Positions 25,768 through 39,039 are shown, counted from the stretch's first letter. The stretch: DNA of 64,000 nt from Octopus sinensis (GCF_006345805.1 NC_043003.1:9300001-9364000), one strand, 5' to 3'. The notes: a model not told the origin generated them from the letters alone. A program made the numbers and translations.

Positions 25768-25988
25768 CTTTATTTAAAGCAGCAGAAAATTCAACAAAAC
25801 CTGTTACTCTGAGTTGCCGTTCATCGGACAGTTTTTGCTAGCGAAAACTGTCCGATGAACGGCAACGGGAAACTCAGAGTAACAGGCTTTGTTGAATTTT
25901 CTGCTGCTTTAAATAAAGCATATTACTCTACCACTGGCATTTGAGTACTCTTTTTTCCACCTTGTTTCACATTTATGTGTTTACTCCG
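25768..25988 (+). mobile_element. Penelope-like pseudo-LTR remnant, family P2, with head-to-head inverted duplication and hammerhead-like fold
   Basis: Palindrome 25768-25918 centred on GCTAGC (25837-42). The right arm reads CTGT-CCGATGA-ACGGCAACGG-GAAA-CTCAGAG-TA-ACAG. The unit ends TTACTCCG then (TA)n; (TA)n also lies on the left. Confidence 0.75.
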
Positions 25989-26041
<53 letters not shown>

Positions 26042-27153
26042 TATGTATAAATAATGTTCCCGTATAAGCTTATCAATTTCCCGAGACAGTAAAAGCTACA
26101 TTGCAGATTGAATGCAATTCGAGATGAACAACCAGAAGGAATTGGTTAGGGTTACTTTCTGCATGAAATACCACGAGATAAGTTGCACACTACATTAACT
26201 TCAACTTAAATCAGCACGCTATATACAGTTGGATAGCGTCAAATCTTTAGAAATAAGAAGAGCTCATTGTGTCCCTGCCACAGGATCCTAATCAGCTGAT
26301 ATCACTTTCTATATTCCGTTCTACTTTTTGCTCTGCATGTACACCTACAAACTTGTAACCATTCTTCTGAAAATATAACTGACCGTTCCAGCATGGCCGC
26401 TGTATAATAACTGAAGCAAGTAAAAGAGAAAAAAATGAAAGACAACTCTCATTGACAAAATGAAAGACAATTTGTAAAAACACAAACAATACCAATTTCG
26501 AAAGAATGAGGGAAAAGATGATATACTACTCATTATTTCCTTAGTGTACCAATAAATAACAATGAAATTGCTTTAAGATGACCAATCAACCAAATAACTT
26601 TAATTGAATAATTCCTTCTTGTAGCATTATAATGAATCTATGGAAAAGTCATCTAATTTGCATTCAGTAAACAGATTGTAAAAAGTTTGCAAAAATGAAT
26701 AAAATGAAGATGAGAAGGGAAGAATACCTTTTAAAGTCGAAACGAACCACTGATAAAGATTTTGTTATATCATTATATTAGTATTACATTTGATAGTGTA
26801 TAGAATGCGTAAGTGCTACTCTTTTCTGTTAAAGAAATAAAAAAAAAACATCAGAACTTCCAAAAACTTGGTCAGAAAAATCAAATAAATCTCGCAATGA
26901 ATAAATTAGGAAAAGCAACTATGCAAATTATTTTAGGTATTATAATAATATATTTACGGTATATAAAACATAAAACCACGCCTCTTTCATAACAGCAGAT
27001 TGTATCGTAATCACTAAAAAACCAAGACTAACCTGTATCTTTTAATTTACAATGACAATATAATTAAGTATATAATGACCAAAATCAAGGTCAGAATCTG
27101 TAGGATGAATAAAGTAAACAAGTAAACTCCCTTTTTGTTCATAATTTGTTCTC

Positions 27154-27197
<44 letters not shown>

Positions 27198-28503
27198 TAC
27201 ACACACGCACAGAGGTAAATGGATACGCACATTCTCTCTCTCTCATACACACACAAATTTGGTGTTTCGATTTTACTTTCAATATTTCGATTTCTTCAAG
27301 AATAAGTTAAAACCTTATGTTATATTACTCCACTAGCATATCATCTATTATATAACTCTTTTGCATACTTTTAAATTTTATATATGTAAGTATGGATATA
27401 TAAGTGTATAATGTGTGTATGTATGTTAGTACGTTGCAGTGATACTGGCAGTTCTAATGCATTTTAAAATTCGTGGAATAGTGCACTATTTCAACCTAAA
27501 CCACAGCAGTCTCTATTAATTTCAGCTATTATTATTTCCTGGAAATGCCCGGAACAAGCGTCACTTGACGCCTTAAACCGTACCATCTTTTTTCTTTTAT
27601 TTCGCACAACCGCTTTTGCGTTAGTTAATGATGGTGAAGGCTGAGGAATATTTTTTTAATATCAATTCATCTAACCATTGCACTTATGACAACTTGATTC
27701 ATGGATCCATTACTGCTTGAAGGATATCTTCCATTCTCACTTGTCAGAAATTTAGAGTAAAATAACCTGACAGCTGATGTTCAAGCGTATTGACACATGT
27801 TCGAAGACTGTTTGAAGAATGTAACTTTGCTCTAGAGCAATGACGACTTAAAGCAAGTGCGGATTTAATTGGCTTTAATTAATTTTGGGATCACTAACAG
27901 GGCCTGAGGGAATCAATCTAAAATTACTGCCGGTGTTCCTAGAATATGAGATCTATTGTCGTGTAAGTTCTGCAATATCCTGACCAGGTCATGTAGCACT
28001 CTTATTAGCTATTGCGCATTTATCCCAAATACATTTTTAGTGTTTTTTAAGAACCTATGTTCTGAAATCTGCAACAGCATTGCAAGCAAGAGAAAACAAA
28101 GATGTTGTGTTGTTTCAAAGTAAGAGTAGAGCAGTAATACATAAAAATAGGTATTTATAGTAGCTATGCCTCTATGTTGATGGACTTGGCAAGCAAACGA
28201 TTAATCTAGAATACTTTCGTAGTTCCACCATATATATTAAGGAAAAGAAAATTCTTTCTGGTTGCCTAACCGCGTCTGAAATACTAGATTACATAGTCCT
28301 CATGCTTGGAGTGAGATTGGATTCATTGTCCTTGGGTTTATTGGCAATATTATTTGGAACAAACTTCAAAAATTTCAAATGCTATATTATTAAATTTTGT
28401 GTAGCTAAGTTGATGAACACCGTCGTTTTGTAGTTCTTTATATATATATCCTTAAGCTTGTCAGCGAGGATGCCTCATCTGTGTTTTGTATTATCATGTT
28501 AAG

Positions 28504-29390
28504 ACTAGCTATTTTGACCCGTGCTTCGCGGGTTTGGTGGTGGTGTTGTTTTGTGCGAGTTGTCTCCTTTTCCCTTTCTTCTTTTGTTCGTCTTCTTTGC
28601 CTTTCCCATATTCCTCATCATAGCAACCAAACGGTAGCCCTGAGCGACTTGCAACACTCCTCACTCCATTGCCCACCCCATTTTACCCCCAGTGTAAATT
28701 TTGGCGCCAATCCGACCCCATCTACCGCCCCTTAAACCGTTCTCATCCCAAAATGAGACAAATAACGAAGAAATCAAACAACTTTTTCGCATTTCAGCTT
28801 TACAGATATTGATAAAAGTGTTGACGTTTGAAATTTCGCTCAGAACAGCACGATACTTGAGTTGAAGCTGAAGTATATTAGATGGGTAGCAACGTTTTAA
28901 CAGCAAGGTGAAGTTAATCGAAGCTACTGACTATCTTGCAATCCAACAAAACAAATATAAATATTTCTCTCTTTCGATTGCGCAAATGTTGCTATTGACT
29001 ATTCAAAAACTTTTAAATGAACTTGAATCTTCCACTTTATGAAAAGCTATCTTAGAAAGTAGTATGCATGTTGATTGGCGTGTTCAGAATACTCTGTTCC
29101 AAAGATGCTATCAAAATTTATGTGAGGCAAGTAGGAGCATCATGCTTTCACTGTCTCCGTTGTTTGTTGTTTCACATGTAATTTGACGAAATATTATGGT
29201 ACAGCAAGGTTTTTGCAACAAAATCATACTGAAATAGTTTGAAAATGACTCTAAGAATCGAGTTCTTTAAACGTTGCTCTTACTATGCACAAGCTACTTG
29301 AATGAAGTGAACTCATTATCCATTTACGAAGTGGACAGCAATTTGTTGAAGACTGAGGTATCTTCAAAAATGCAAAAGACAAGAAAGATC
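28504..29390 (+). mobile_element. Possible highly decayed Helitron-like element (terminal motif plus helicase-like remnant)
   Basis: ACTAGCTATTTTGACCCGTGCTTCGCGGGT (CTAG plus ACCCG/CGGGT hairpin) resembles Helitron-type termini; downstream fragments show only faint PIF1-helicase-like words. Confidence 0.3.
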
Positions 29391-29544
29391 TACAAGTTCT
29401 CATGACATCTGATGGATTCTACATGCAAATACACAAGCATGCAAAGCTTTAAATAAATACATACACACATGTATACATTTTTGCGTATACATACAGACTA
29501 CACATGTAATAAACAGGTGTGCATATATATATATGTATGTATCT

Positions 29545-29803
29545 GTGGTTAGGGCAGCGGACTTGCGGTTGTAGGATCGCAATTTCGATTTCCAGATCGG
29601 GCGTTGTGAGTGTTTATTGAGTGAAAACACCTAAAGTTCCACGAGGCTCTTTTGCCATAACTTTCTCTCACTCTTTATTCTGTTGGCCTGGTCGCTTAGC
29701 CAGCGGGGTGGCGTCATTTGAAGGCTAAAACAATGCGAAGCGCATTGTGACCAGCGATGTGTAGCAACATCTAATAGCCTAGTCGGTCACGGTGAACACG
29801 GTA
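29545..29803 (+). mobile_element. SINE family B, 5'-clipped, with internal deletion
   Basis: Matches 18259-18574 but lacks the roughly 30-bp GC hairpin segment between GAGGCTC and TTTTGCCATAAC. Confidence 0.88.
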
Positions 29804-29855
<52 letters not shown>

Positions 29856-31765
29856 ATATATAGTAATAAATACACACGCAAATAGGCACACATCTATATG
29901 CATACATACATGGGTATATGCCTAGCACTATAAATATGCGCACAAATTCGTATGCAAATGGAACACATATTGTTTCATATATATTATACTGTTTAAATAA
30001 GAACATATGAAGCTATGCTGATGTATTACACTATAAACTGAATTAAATGAAATAATTCAATTAATTAATGATAAATTAATAAATATAATACCGGAATTAT
30101 TAAATGAAGATATTAATTGGAAAATAAAAATGAAATAAAAGTATATTGCTTCTCGAAAAGAGTATTGTGCTTACGTATATGCATATACATTCGCATATAA
30201 ATTTACTTGTTAATTATATTAAAACGAGGTATGTTTAGAAAACAGGGTGCATATGAAAACGGGTGACACACAGAATATACTTGGAGAAAAATGGTGGCAT
30301 ATAAAACATCTTGTGAAGTAATGTGGTATGTATAAACGGATTACAGTCACTGTGTGTATAAGGATGAAATCTATAAGGGGCGTGTATATAGGGCGGAGTT
30401 TAGTATAATAGTAGAGAACCACAGACAAAGAAATGAAAATGCATAGAAGAGAGGGATAAATGGAAGCCTTTTGATATAATCCAGAGTTAGTGTAAAATAT
30501 TATCCAGCAAGCTGAAGAATTTTAGAATAAATTACCTTCGGTAGGGATTGGCAGAAATCATTTCAAGTTTAGAACTTAGTAGGCTAAATGGTTATATAAG
30601 TGTACTGAATTTTTCAACTAAGCAAAGGCTGGTGGCATTTGTGGTCATTGAAGCGGATTTGATAACAAGCCATCTATTTTATAGTTGGAGATACCCTTAT
30701 CTTTCAAACTCCAGGTGTACTTTGAAAGTGTTGCTACTGTTATTTTATCTGCATCAATAAACACACATGCATGTTGAGTATATCTAAATTTGAATGAGTT
30801 CTCCGTAAGACCTGCATATACATTGCTCTATAATTAACAATTAACTAAAATGGATTGGTTGGGACTTCTATATCCCCATTCTGTTTTCTTTAACAATATA
30901 GGCTACTTGTATGACAATTTTTGTTTTAATATAGAGAGCCCTAGCATAATTTTGTAGTGTCACAATATCTTGTGGAACTTGATTTAGACTTATTGCTGAT
31001 GGAAAATTTTTCAAGTCACTGATATTGTGCGGACATATGTTTTGCCAAACAAGATTCACAGTTTTGCCAAAAAGGATTGACAGTTTCACTTCATCCAACG
31101 ACTAATATCTGCTATTCATTGCATATAATCTGATGACATTTTCCAGAGATACACTAAATGTGGGTTTCTTCACTCTGAATTAATTTTGTGAGTTGTTTCA
31201 AGATTCTCCGACAATATGCCTTGACTTTAGCTATTCCACTTTTTTCCCCAATAACACAACTTCCTTGCTCCAGTCAATGGAGCAAAGAAGTTGTGTTATT
31301 GTGAATATATTTCACTCATGAGTTAACAGATAGATAATTTAAGTTCACTGGATAGCTTGAAGCAGTGTCCAAAATAAAGAAGGCTTCGTTGATAATACAT
31401 TGGTATTGTACTGCAGGCTAAAAAAATATATGTAAAAGGCTCGTTGTTTGGGAAAGTCTCGTGGTCATCCAAGCTTCCTTTTTATATGGTTAATCACAGG
31501 CCCATTAGACTTATGCCATTAAAAGTCCTTAAAAACTCTTTTAAAAGAATTAGCATTCTGGGAGTGCTACACAAATATGGAAGTGAATTTATCATCATCA
31601 GCAGCGTTTCCACCCAGCAATAACATATTTTCGTGACAACTGTATACAAAAATACAGAAGAATAACTAACAATATTACACATTGTGTTCAGAATTTAATG
31701 GTGACATTTTACAATTTCATAAATGCTGAAACGAGAGATTCCACAAAGAGTAATCAGCTTCATAT

Positions 31766-31811
<46 letters not shown>

Positions 31812-31864
31812 GACGCCGGTAAGTCATAATTACGCAGAAATTGTGCTTCTTTACATACATATAC

Positions 31865-31923
<59 letters not shown>

Positions 31924-32705
31924 CATGTGTGTGTTTATCTATCTATATCTATGCACTTTTGTGTGTCGCTTGGTTTTAAGGAACAAGAGAAGAACTCAGT
32001 ACAAAAGTAGAGTGGAATTGCTTATTTAGGCCCTTGCACTTGCTTATTAGACCCCAGTGTCTCCAGAATGTAATTTTTCTTTAGACAGGGGAAATATAAT
32101 CACATATGTTTTTCTTGTCAAACTCAATCCTCTTATCACACTTATTGAGAGTCTTTCACACCAACAAAGATATTTTATAAATTTCATCTTTCGACTTTCT
32201 ACCAACAAACATACATAGTTTGAGTCATTGAACTATTTTTTTACATATTGTAATATATTCATTTTAATTTTCGATTTAATTGGTTTATAGAATTTGCAAA
32301 CATCACAGTTTTAAATATCTCTAAAAGTGATATTAAAAAATGACACAAAGTCTTGTTATATATTCTCTATCTATCATTGTTTTGTTGTCTTCTGAAATTA
32401 TATGAAAGACGTGGAAATGAATATTCTAAACACGCTTTTAAGAAGAATTTCAGCCTTTACTTTAAAGGAGAAAAATTGCAGAGAGATGATTGATAACACT
32501 ATGAAATTAAAAATGTTTTAGTTCTGTAAAATAACTCAGTTAATAACTGGAAATATTTACTTATATTTTCTTGCTTAATGCTTAATACATATTGCAAAAA
32601 TATGAAGATACAATTTTTGGCTCCATTTTCAAACCTTTTACCTGCGCTAGAAGCAATTATTTTAGAATTGTTACTTTTTCTTTCGATATTTTAAATATAA
32701 ATTAA

Positions 32706-33306
32706 GGAGGTGGGCTGGCAGAATTGTTATCATGCCGAGCAAAATGCTTACTGGCGTGTCGTCTGTCTTTACATACTGGGTTCAAGTGCCGCCTGAGTCG
32801 ACTTTGCCTTTCATCATTTCAGGGTCGATAAAAGAAGTACAAGTTGAACAGTGGAGTCAGTGTAATCGTCTTAGCCCCTCCTCCGAAATTGCTGGCGTTG
32901 TGCCAAAATTTGAAACTTAATGCTTTAAATAAACATTAAGGTGGTGAGCTGGCAGAATCGTATTCACGTCGGGAAAAATGCTTAGCGGTATTCCGTCCGT
33001 CTTTACATTCTAATTTCAAAACCTTTCATCCTTTCGAGATCGATATAAGTGCCCGTTGAGCGCTGGGGACGATGGACTCTACTAACCCCCTCCACCGAAA
33101 TTGCTGGCCGAGTGCCAAAATATGAAGTCAATATTTTAAATACAATAATGGTGGAGATTGGTAGTTACTTCAATTATTTACCTTCAGTGTTCAAATCCTG
33201 TCAATTTTTGCCATTCATCCTATCGAGGTCGATAAATTAAAGTACGACACTAGTACCAGGGAAAAGATAATCAACTATCTCCTCAAAACAGCTAGCTTTG
33301 CAGCTA
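32706..33306 (+). mobile_element. Three tandem SINE family A (tail type 2) copies: 32706-32916, 32940-33126, about 33155-33306
   Basis: Repeated GG(C/T)GG(T/G)GAGCTGGCAGAAT heads and TGCTGGC..TGCCAAAA tails; the third copy is highly diverged. Confidence 0.8.
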
Positions 33307-33629
33307 AATTAGAAACACTATTTAAAATTTGAGGGCTGTTTCGACACCAAATGAGACCCATGCCGATAGAAGTTGTATCACTTTAAAATTAATGTTCCTA
33401 AATTTTGGCGTAAGTTATAATCTATCAAACAAACTGATAATAAACTAATAGTTATTTATAAATCATGTTGTCGAGAAATAAAAATCAATTAGAATTCAAA
33501 ATATATAAGTCGTAACGAGCATGCATTAAAGTGTATTGTTCAGTGACTTACTGGCTATGTGTACCTTACGCTTCGAAATTTAATAATGCTTTCTTACATA
33601 TGCACATGATCACACATAGTGGAGGCGAA

Positions 33630-34447
33630 CAAAGTCAAATAAATCGATTCTAATAATTTGACCAGTACTTATTTAACGAATGTAGAAGAATGAAAGGTGA
33701 ACTCGAACTGGAAACGCTGAATGTAAAGCGATACGTTAATAAATACTGCAAGAAATTTTTTTCCGTGGAGAAGCAGCCAACCGGTTGTGTGATCACTGCT
33801 TTGTTCACTTTGATAATAATGGTTTCAAATTTTGGCACAAGGCCTGCAAGCTCGGCGGGGAGTTTATCTCTCGCTTACATCGACTACAGTGCTCAACTGG
33901 AGCTTATATCTTATCGACTCTGAAGGATGAAAGGCAGAGTGGAACTCGGCAGAATTTGAATTCAGAACGTGAAGACGAACGAAGTATCTATTTATTTATT
34001 ACCCACAAGGGGCTAAACATAGAGGGGACAAACAATAACAGACAAACGGATTAAGTCCATTACATCGACCCCAGTGCGTAACTGGTACTTAATTTATCGA
34101 CCCCGAAAGGATGAAAGTCGACCTCGGCGGAATTTGAACTCAGAACGTAACGGCAGACGAAGTACCGCTAACCATTTTGCCCGACGTGCTAACGATTTTG
34201 CCTGCTCGTACCTTATCTACTTTTATAATAATCCTTTCTACTACTAATGGCACAAAGCCTGCAGTTTGTGGGAGAGATGACTAGTCGATTACATCAACCC
34301 ATTTTTCACTGGTACATAGTTTACCGACCCCGAGAGGATGAAAGGCAAAGTCGACCTCGGCACAATTTGAATTAAGAAGATAAAAATAGACGAAAAAGCG
34401 CGAAGCATTTTTGCTGGCGTGCTAACAATTCTACCAGCTCGCCGCCT
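33630..34447 (-). mobile_element. Four SINE family A copies on the minus strand: about 33630-33760, 33821-33985 (tail 2), 33988-34213 (tail 1), 34248-34447 (tail 2)
   Basis: Recurrent GATGAAAGGCAAAGTCGACCTCGGC..AATTTGAA core; both tail types present. Confidence 0.8.
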
Positions 34448-35430
34448 TGTCTTCTGTTATAATAAGATGAAAGATATGTCACAAAAATACTGTGATTAAC
34501 AAGTCACAGGAATACACAATGAAATTGAATATTCAAACATTATGATATTTGAGTTGATAGTCTAAGTATATAATATGGGTCTCTAATGACTAGCAAGATT
34601 GTCTTTGGCATATATTCGAAATTGGCTGTCAAGTAGCCATATGCTTGAGGACATTCTAGCCATAATCAACTTGTCTTTTTCAGACATACACCAAGGACTA
34701 GACCATCTTCCACCGTCTGCCTCAACAGATTTAATTAGTACTTTAAGTGACAGCAACGACATAAAGATTCATGATACAAAACTCTATAATGATAACGATA
34801 ATGACAATAACCGAAATAAAGATAACACCGATAATGTCAACCACAAAATTAATGTTATCTTAATTACAGTAATCTTATTAATACTGAGTGTTGCCATTGT
34901 ACAACTATGATTAGCCTCATGAGTTTGGGTATGTGCAATAGTATTTTCTGTATTGATTTTACTCGAAGTGGTATGTTTAGAACACATAGTAATGCTATAT
35001 TTTAATATTTTGTATCTATGTAAGTCTATGAGGACCAAATACTTGCATTCTAGGAATTGATTTTGTTTATAGCAATTCTATTTATATTTGGATAAATATT
35101 CGAATTTTGTTTCAAATGTGTTCATCCTTTAATGTTCATACATAGCCAGAAGTATTTTCTCTGATGGATTTTGAACTATATTATTAATTTGATTTAGATT
35201 TCTTTTATTTTTTTATTTCAAAGATCGAGTAGTCTGTAGTTGTGACTAAACGCATTTCCTTCTGTTCTCTACACCAGTAGCACTTGAAACTTCAAACTAG
35301 TGTGTACAAGAATCTGATCACGAGAGAACACACGCAAGATAATATATTTTAGGCTCTATATAGGGGATAAGCTTTGTCAAAGAGCAATGCGAGAACTATT
35401 TCTAGAAATATATACAACAAATTATATTAC

Positions 35431-35729
35431 TTTCAAATGTTCGTACAAGGCCAACAATTTCAGTGGCGGTTTTAAGTAGATTGCTCCGACCCTTGTGTTC
35501 AACTGGTACTTATTTTATCGACCCCGTGAAAACAAATAAAATACTGCTAAGTACTTTTTCCAGCACGGTAACAATTCTGCTACAAATCATACTGGTATCA
35601 ATTTTTGCTCAAGGCCAGCAAGTTCGGGGTGGGAGTAAATCGTTTACATCGATACCAGTGCTCGACTGACACTTATTTTATCGAGCCCGAAAGGATGAAA
35701 GGTAAAGTCGATCTCGATGGAATTTGAAA
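35431..35729 (-). mobile_element. Two adjacent SINE family A (tail type 2) fragments
   Basis: CAAGGCCA..CA tails at about 35446 and 35610; TTATTTTATCGA(C/G)CCCG core twice. Confidence 0.7.
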
Positions 35730-37981
35730 ATGAAATAAATTATATTAAAAGATTATGTACAGAATAATAATATAATTAAAATATACAAAAGTGCATGTAA
35801 TAGGTTATATGAATGAAGTCTTCAAATAAAGTTTCACGGCTTTGAATAGACGTTCAGTTGCAAATTCAGTATCCGTTTGGGGTGTGCACACTTTCCTATC
35901 TCATCTGTGTTTCGATATTGTCGATATGTTGACTGAGGACTCTGCAGCCTAATATTTAGATAGCATTGAGATGAAAGAAAAAAATTTAATATGTTTCTAG
36001 GTGTAATGGAAGACGAACCTTGTTATGCAATAATATATTATTTACACACGTTAACGTTGAATCATGGGAGTTTAATATAAGAACACCCGGTGGAATTGAT
36101 CTCACGTTATTTTATTGCAAAATTGGTGCAATTTCCATTTGTAATATGCTCTCGAGGAAATCTGTTAGTATACATCAACGACCTGGAGACTTCATATTGT
36201 CTAAAATCGTGTTCATAAATTAAATCCTTTATAATATGCGTGTGTGTTTAATTCTCTAAATATTATTTGCAGGTAGGCTTGAATATTTTTGATGTTCGAA
36301 TTTGGGTAGCAGTGTACAAAATAATATGCATAAACAGGTTATTGATAGAGCCGTTAACTGAAAAATACTTTTGATAATCACCAAGAGAATCTGAGCAAGT
36401 ACCATTTAGGTTGTGCTCTTAAAGATTGTATTTGATTACTGAGGTGAAAGAATAGTCGAGATTCAAAGATACATGCGCAGTATGATTAAGGAGGAAAGAT
36501 AAATAGATGTATACAGTTTCTCTTCGTTCGTATAAGATACTGATAATTATTTTAGCTAACTGTTAACGATAGTGTTTATGTAGGACTGCTCAGAACAATC
36601 CAGCTAAAGAATAGACTTTTCGTCATGTATGGCATATGTGGTAAGAGGTTGAGATTTTATGTCTGATTTACTATGCAGGATAATTCACTTTTCCTTTGCT
36701 TTCAGTATCCTTTGTCTCTTAATAATTATGAAACTAGACACGAGTTTATTATTAAAGGGGTATCTGAAAAAGAAAGATATTCAACTATTTGTTAACAATA
36801 TCAAAACCAAAGCTTTTGGGAGGTGTTTTAATGTGGATTTGTGGCGTGTTAACTGTCCCATAATAGAACACTTGTACATCTCCATAATTCAGTGGTTTTC
36901 TTAATTGTCATAATATTTAATCATTGTAAGTTCTGATCTACGGGCGTAACACAGAGCTTTTCATAAAGCAGTGGGAATGGGAATTCTGAATTTCTGTACA
37001 AAATTATGTGCATGGACTGCATATTATTTGAAAAAATACTTTAATAAGCTGCTTTTAAGAAAGAAATTTCTGGAAACATATCTTACTAAGACTTTCTCAT
37101 CTTTTTGAGATTGCATTGTTTTCTGCCTCTTACGTATAATCGATAATTTGATTAAATGTCTTCGGGTTAAAAATTTGTATCCTACGTATGGCTGATTCTC
37201 GTTGTAATTATTAATATGAGAAAAGCACATGCTAGTTCTATTCCTGGGTATTTGCCAAAAACATATCACCCCCAAAACTGTATTAATCTGTGAAATGCAG
37301 CCTTGTCTTTGCCAAAAACAAAGTATTAAGGAACAAATTAGATTTATATACACCGAGCAATGTGATAAATTAGTGAAAAAGTACAAGATACAATGTCGGA
37401 GCAACTTTGGAGACAAAAAGAAAGCAAGACAAAAAAAGCAGAGACAGCGCATACTTTTACGTAATACACAATTTTGGGGTCAAAAACTTAAAAGTAAACT
37501 GACATGTGACGACAGTGAAATCTGATGAATTCATAAACAAGCTATAAGGAAAAGCGGTGCTCCAGAATGGCCGCAGTCAAATAAATGACTGGAACATGTA
37601 AAAGAATAACAATGCCCTTTTCTCGTTCGTTCTTCCCATACAACTTGCTCAAACGCCTCTAATATTCTACACCTCGAGTAACCGCAAAGTAATTACCACT
37701 TATTCGCGCAAATACATGTGGGACTGCTGCTGTTAAGTTTAGAGAACCATGTGCGGTCTGCTTCCAGTACAGTAGTTAATCACTATGCATAGTAGATATT
37801 AGTTCTTTGTAACGTAATGCTATAATACGTTCCCCGATGATCCGTTGTGGTTAAGCATTCAATTGCCTTTGGAACATCAAAACAACCACAATGGCTTAAT
37901 GTACATAAAAATAATAATTTAAATTTGTGTTTATCGTAATTTCACATGCATGCATGCTTGCATGTATGTATGTATGTATGT

Positions 37982-38145
37982 AGACGATGGGCTTCTTTCA
38001 ATATCCGACTACCAAGTCCACTCATAAGGCTTTAGTCGCTCTGTGTTTACAGTAGAAGACACTTGCCCAAGTTGTCACGCAGTGGAACTGAACCCGGAAC
38101 CATGTGGTTAGGAAACAAACTTTATACCACACAGCCACGCCTGCG
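37982..38145 (-). mobile_element. SINE family C head/core
   Basis: AGTAGAAGACACTTGCCCAAGTTGTCACGCAGTGGAACTGAACCCGGAACCATGTGG; the reverse TGACAACTTGGGCAAGTG is CORE-like. Confidence 0.85.
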
Positions 38146-38184
38146 TGTATCTGTATATATGTAATATATATATATGTATATATG

Positions 38185-38335
38185 TAATATAATATATATA
38201 TATATATATAATATATATATATATAATATATATATATATATATAAATATATAATATATAAATATATATAAATATATAAATATATATATAATATAAATATA
38301 TATATATAAATATATAATATATATATATATATATA

Positions 38336-38396
<61 letters not shown>

Positions 38397-38502
38397 TATA
38401 TATATAATATATAAATATATATATAATATATAAATATATATATAATATAAATATATATATATATATATAAATATATATATAATAATATATATAAAATATA
38501 TT

Positions 38503-38533
<31 letters not shown>

Positions 38534-38574
38534 ATATATATATATATATAATATATATATATAATATATATAAT

Positions 38575-38624
<50 letters not shown>

Positions 38625-38641
38625 TAATATATATATATATA

Positions 38642-38682
<41 letters not shown>

Positions 38683-38718
38683 TATATATATATATATATA
38701 AATATATAATATATATAT

Positions 38719-38778
<60 letters not shown>

Positions 38779-38786
38779 ATAATATA

Positions 38787-38862
<76 letters not shown>

Positions 38863-38894
38863 TATTATATAAATATATATATATATATATAAAT

Positions 38895-38925
<31 letters not shown>

Positions 38926-38956
38926 AATATATATATATATAAATATATATATATAA

Positions 38957-38987
<31 letters not shown>

Positions 38988-39039
38988 AATATATATATAT
39001 AAAATATATATATATATATATAATATATATATATATATA

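Noticed and set aside
36160-36195. LVYINDL, a LINE RT-like motif
   Set aside because: Isolated seven residues with no supporting flanks.
36583-36640. Candidate 57-nt exon (AG..GTAAGA) encoding LLRTIQLKNRLFVMYGIC
   Set aside because: No recognisable homology or partner exons; such splice-like pairs are frequent by chance.
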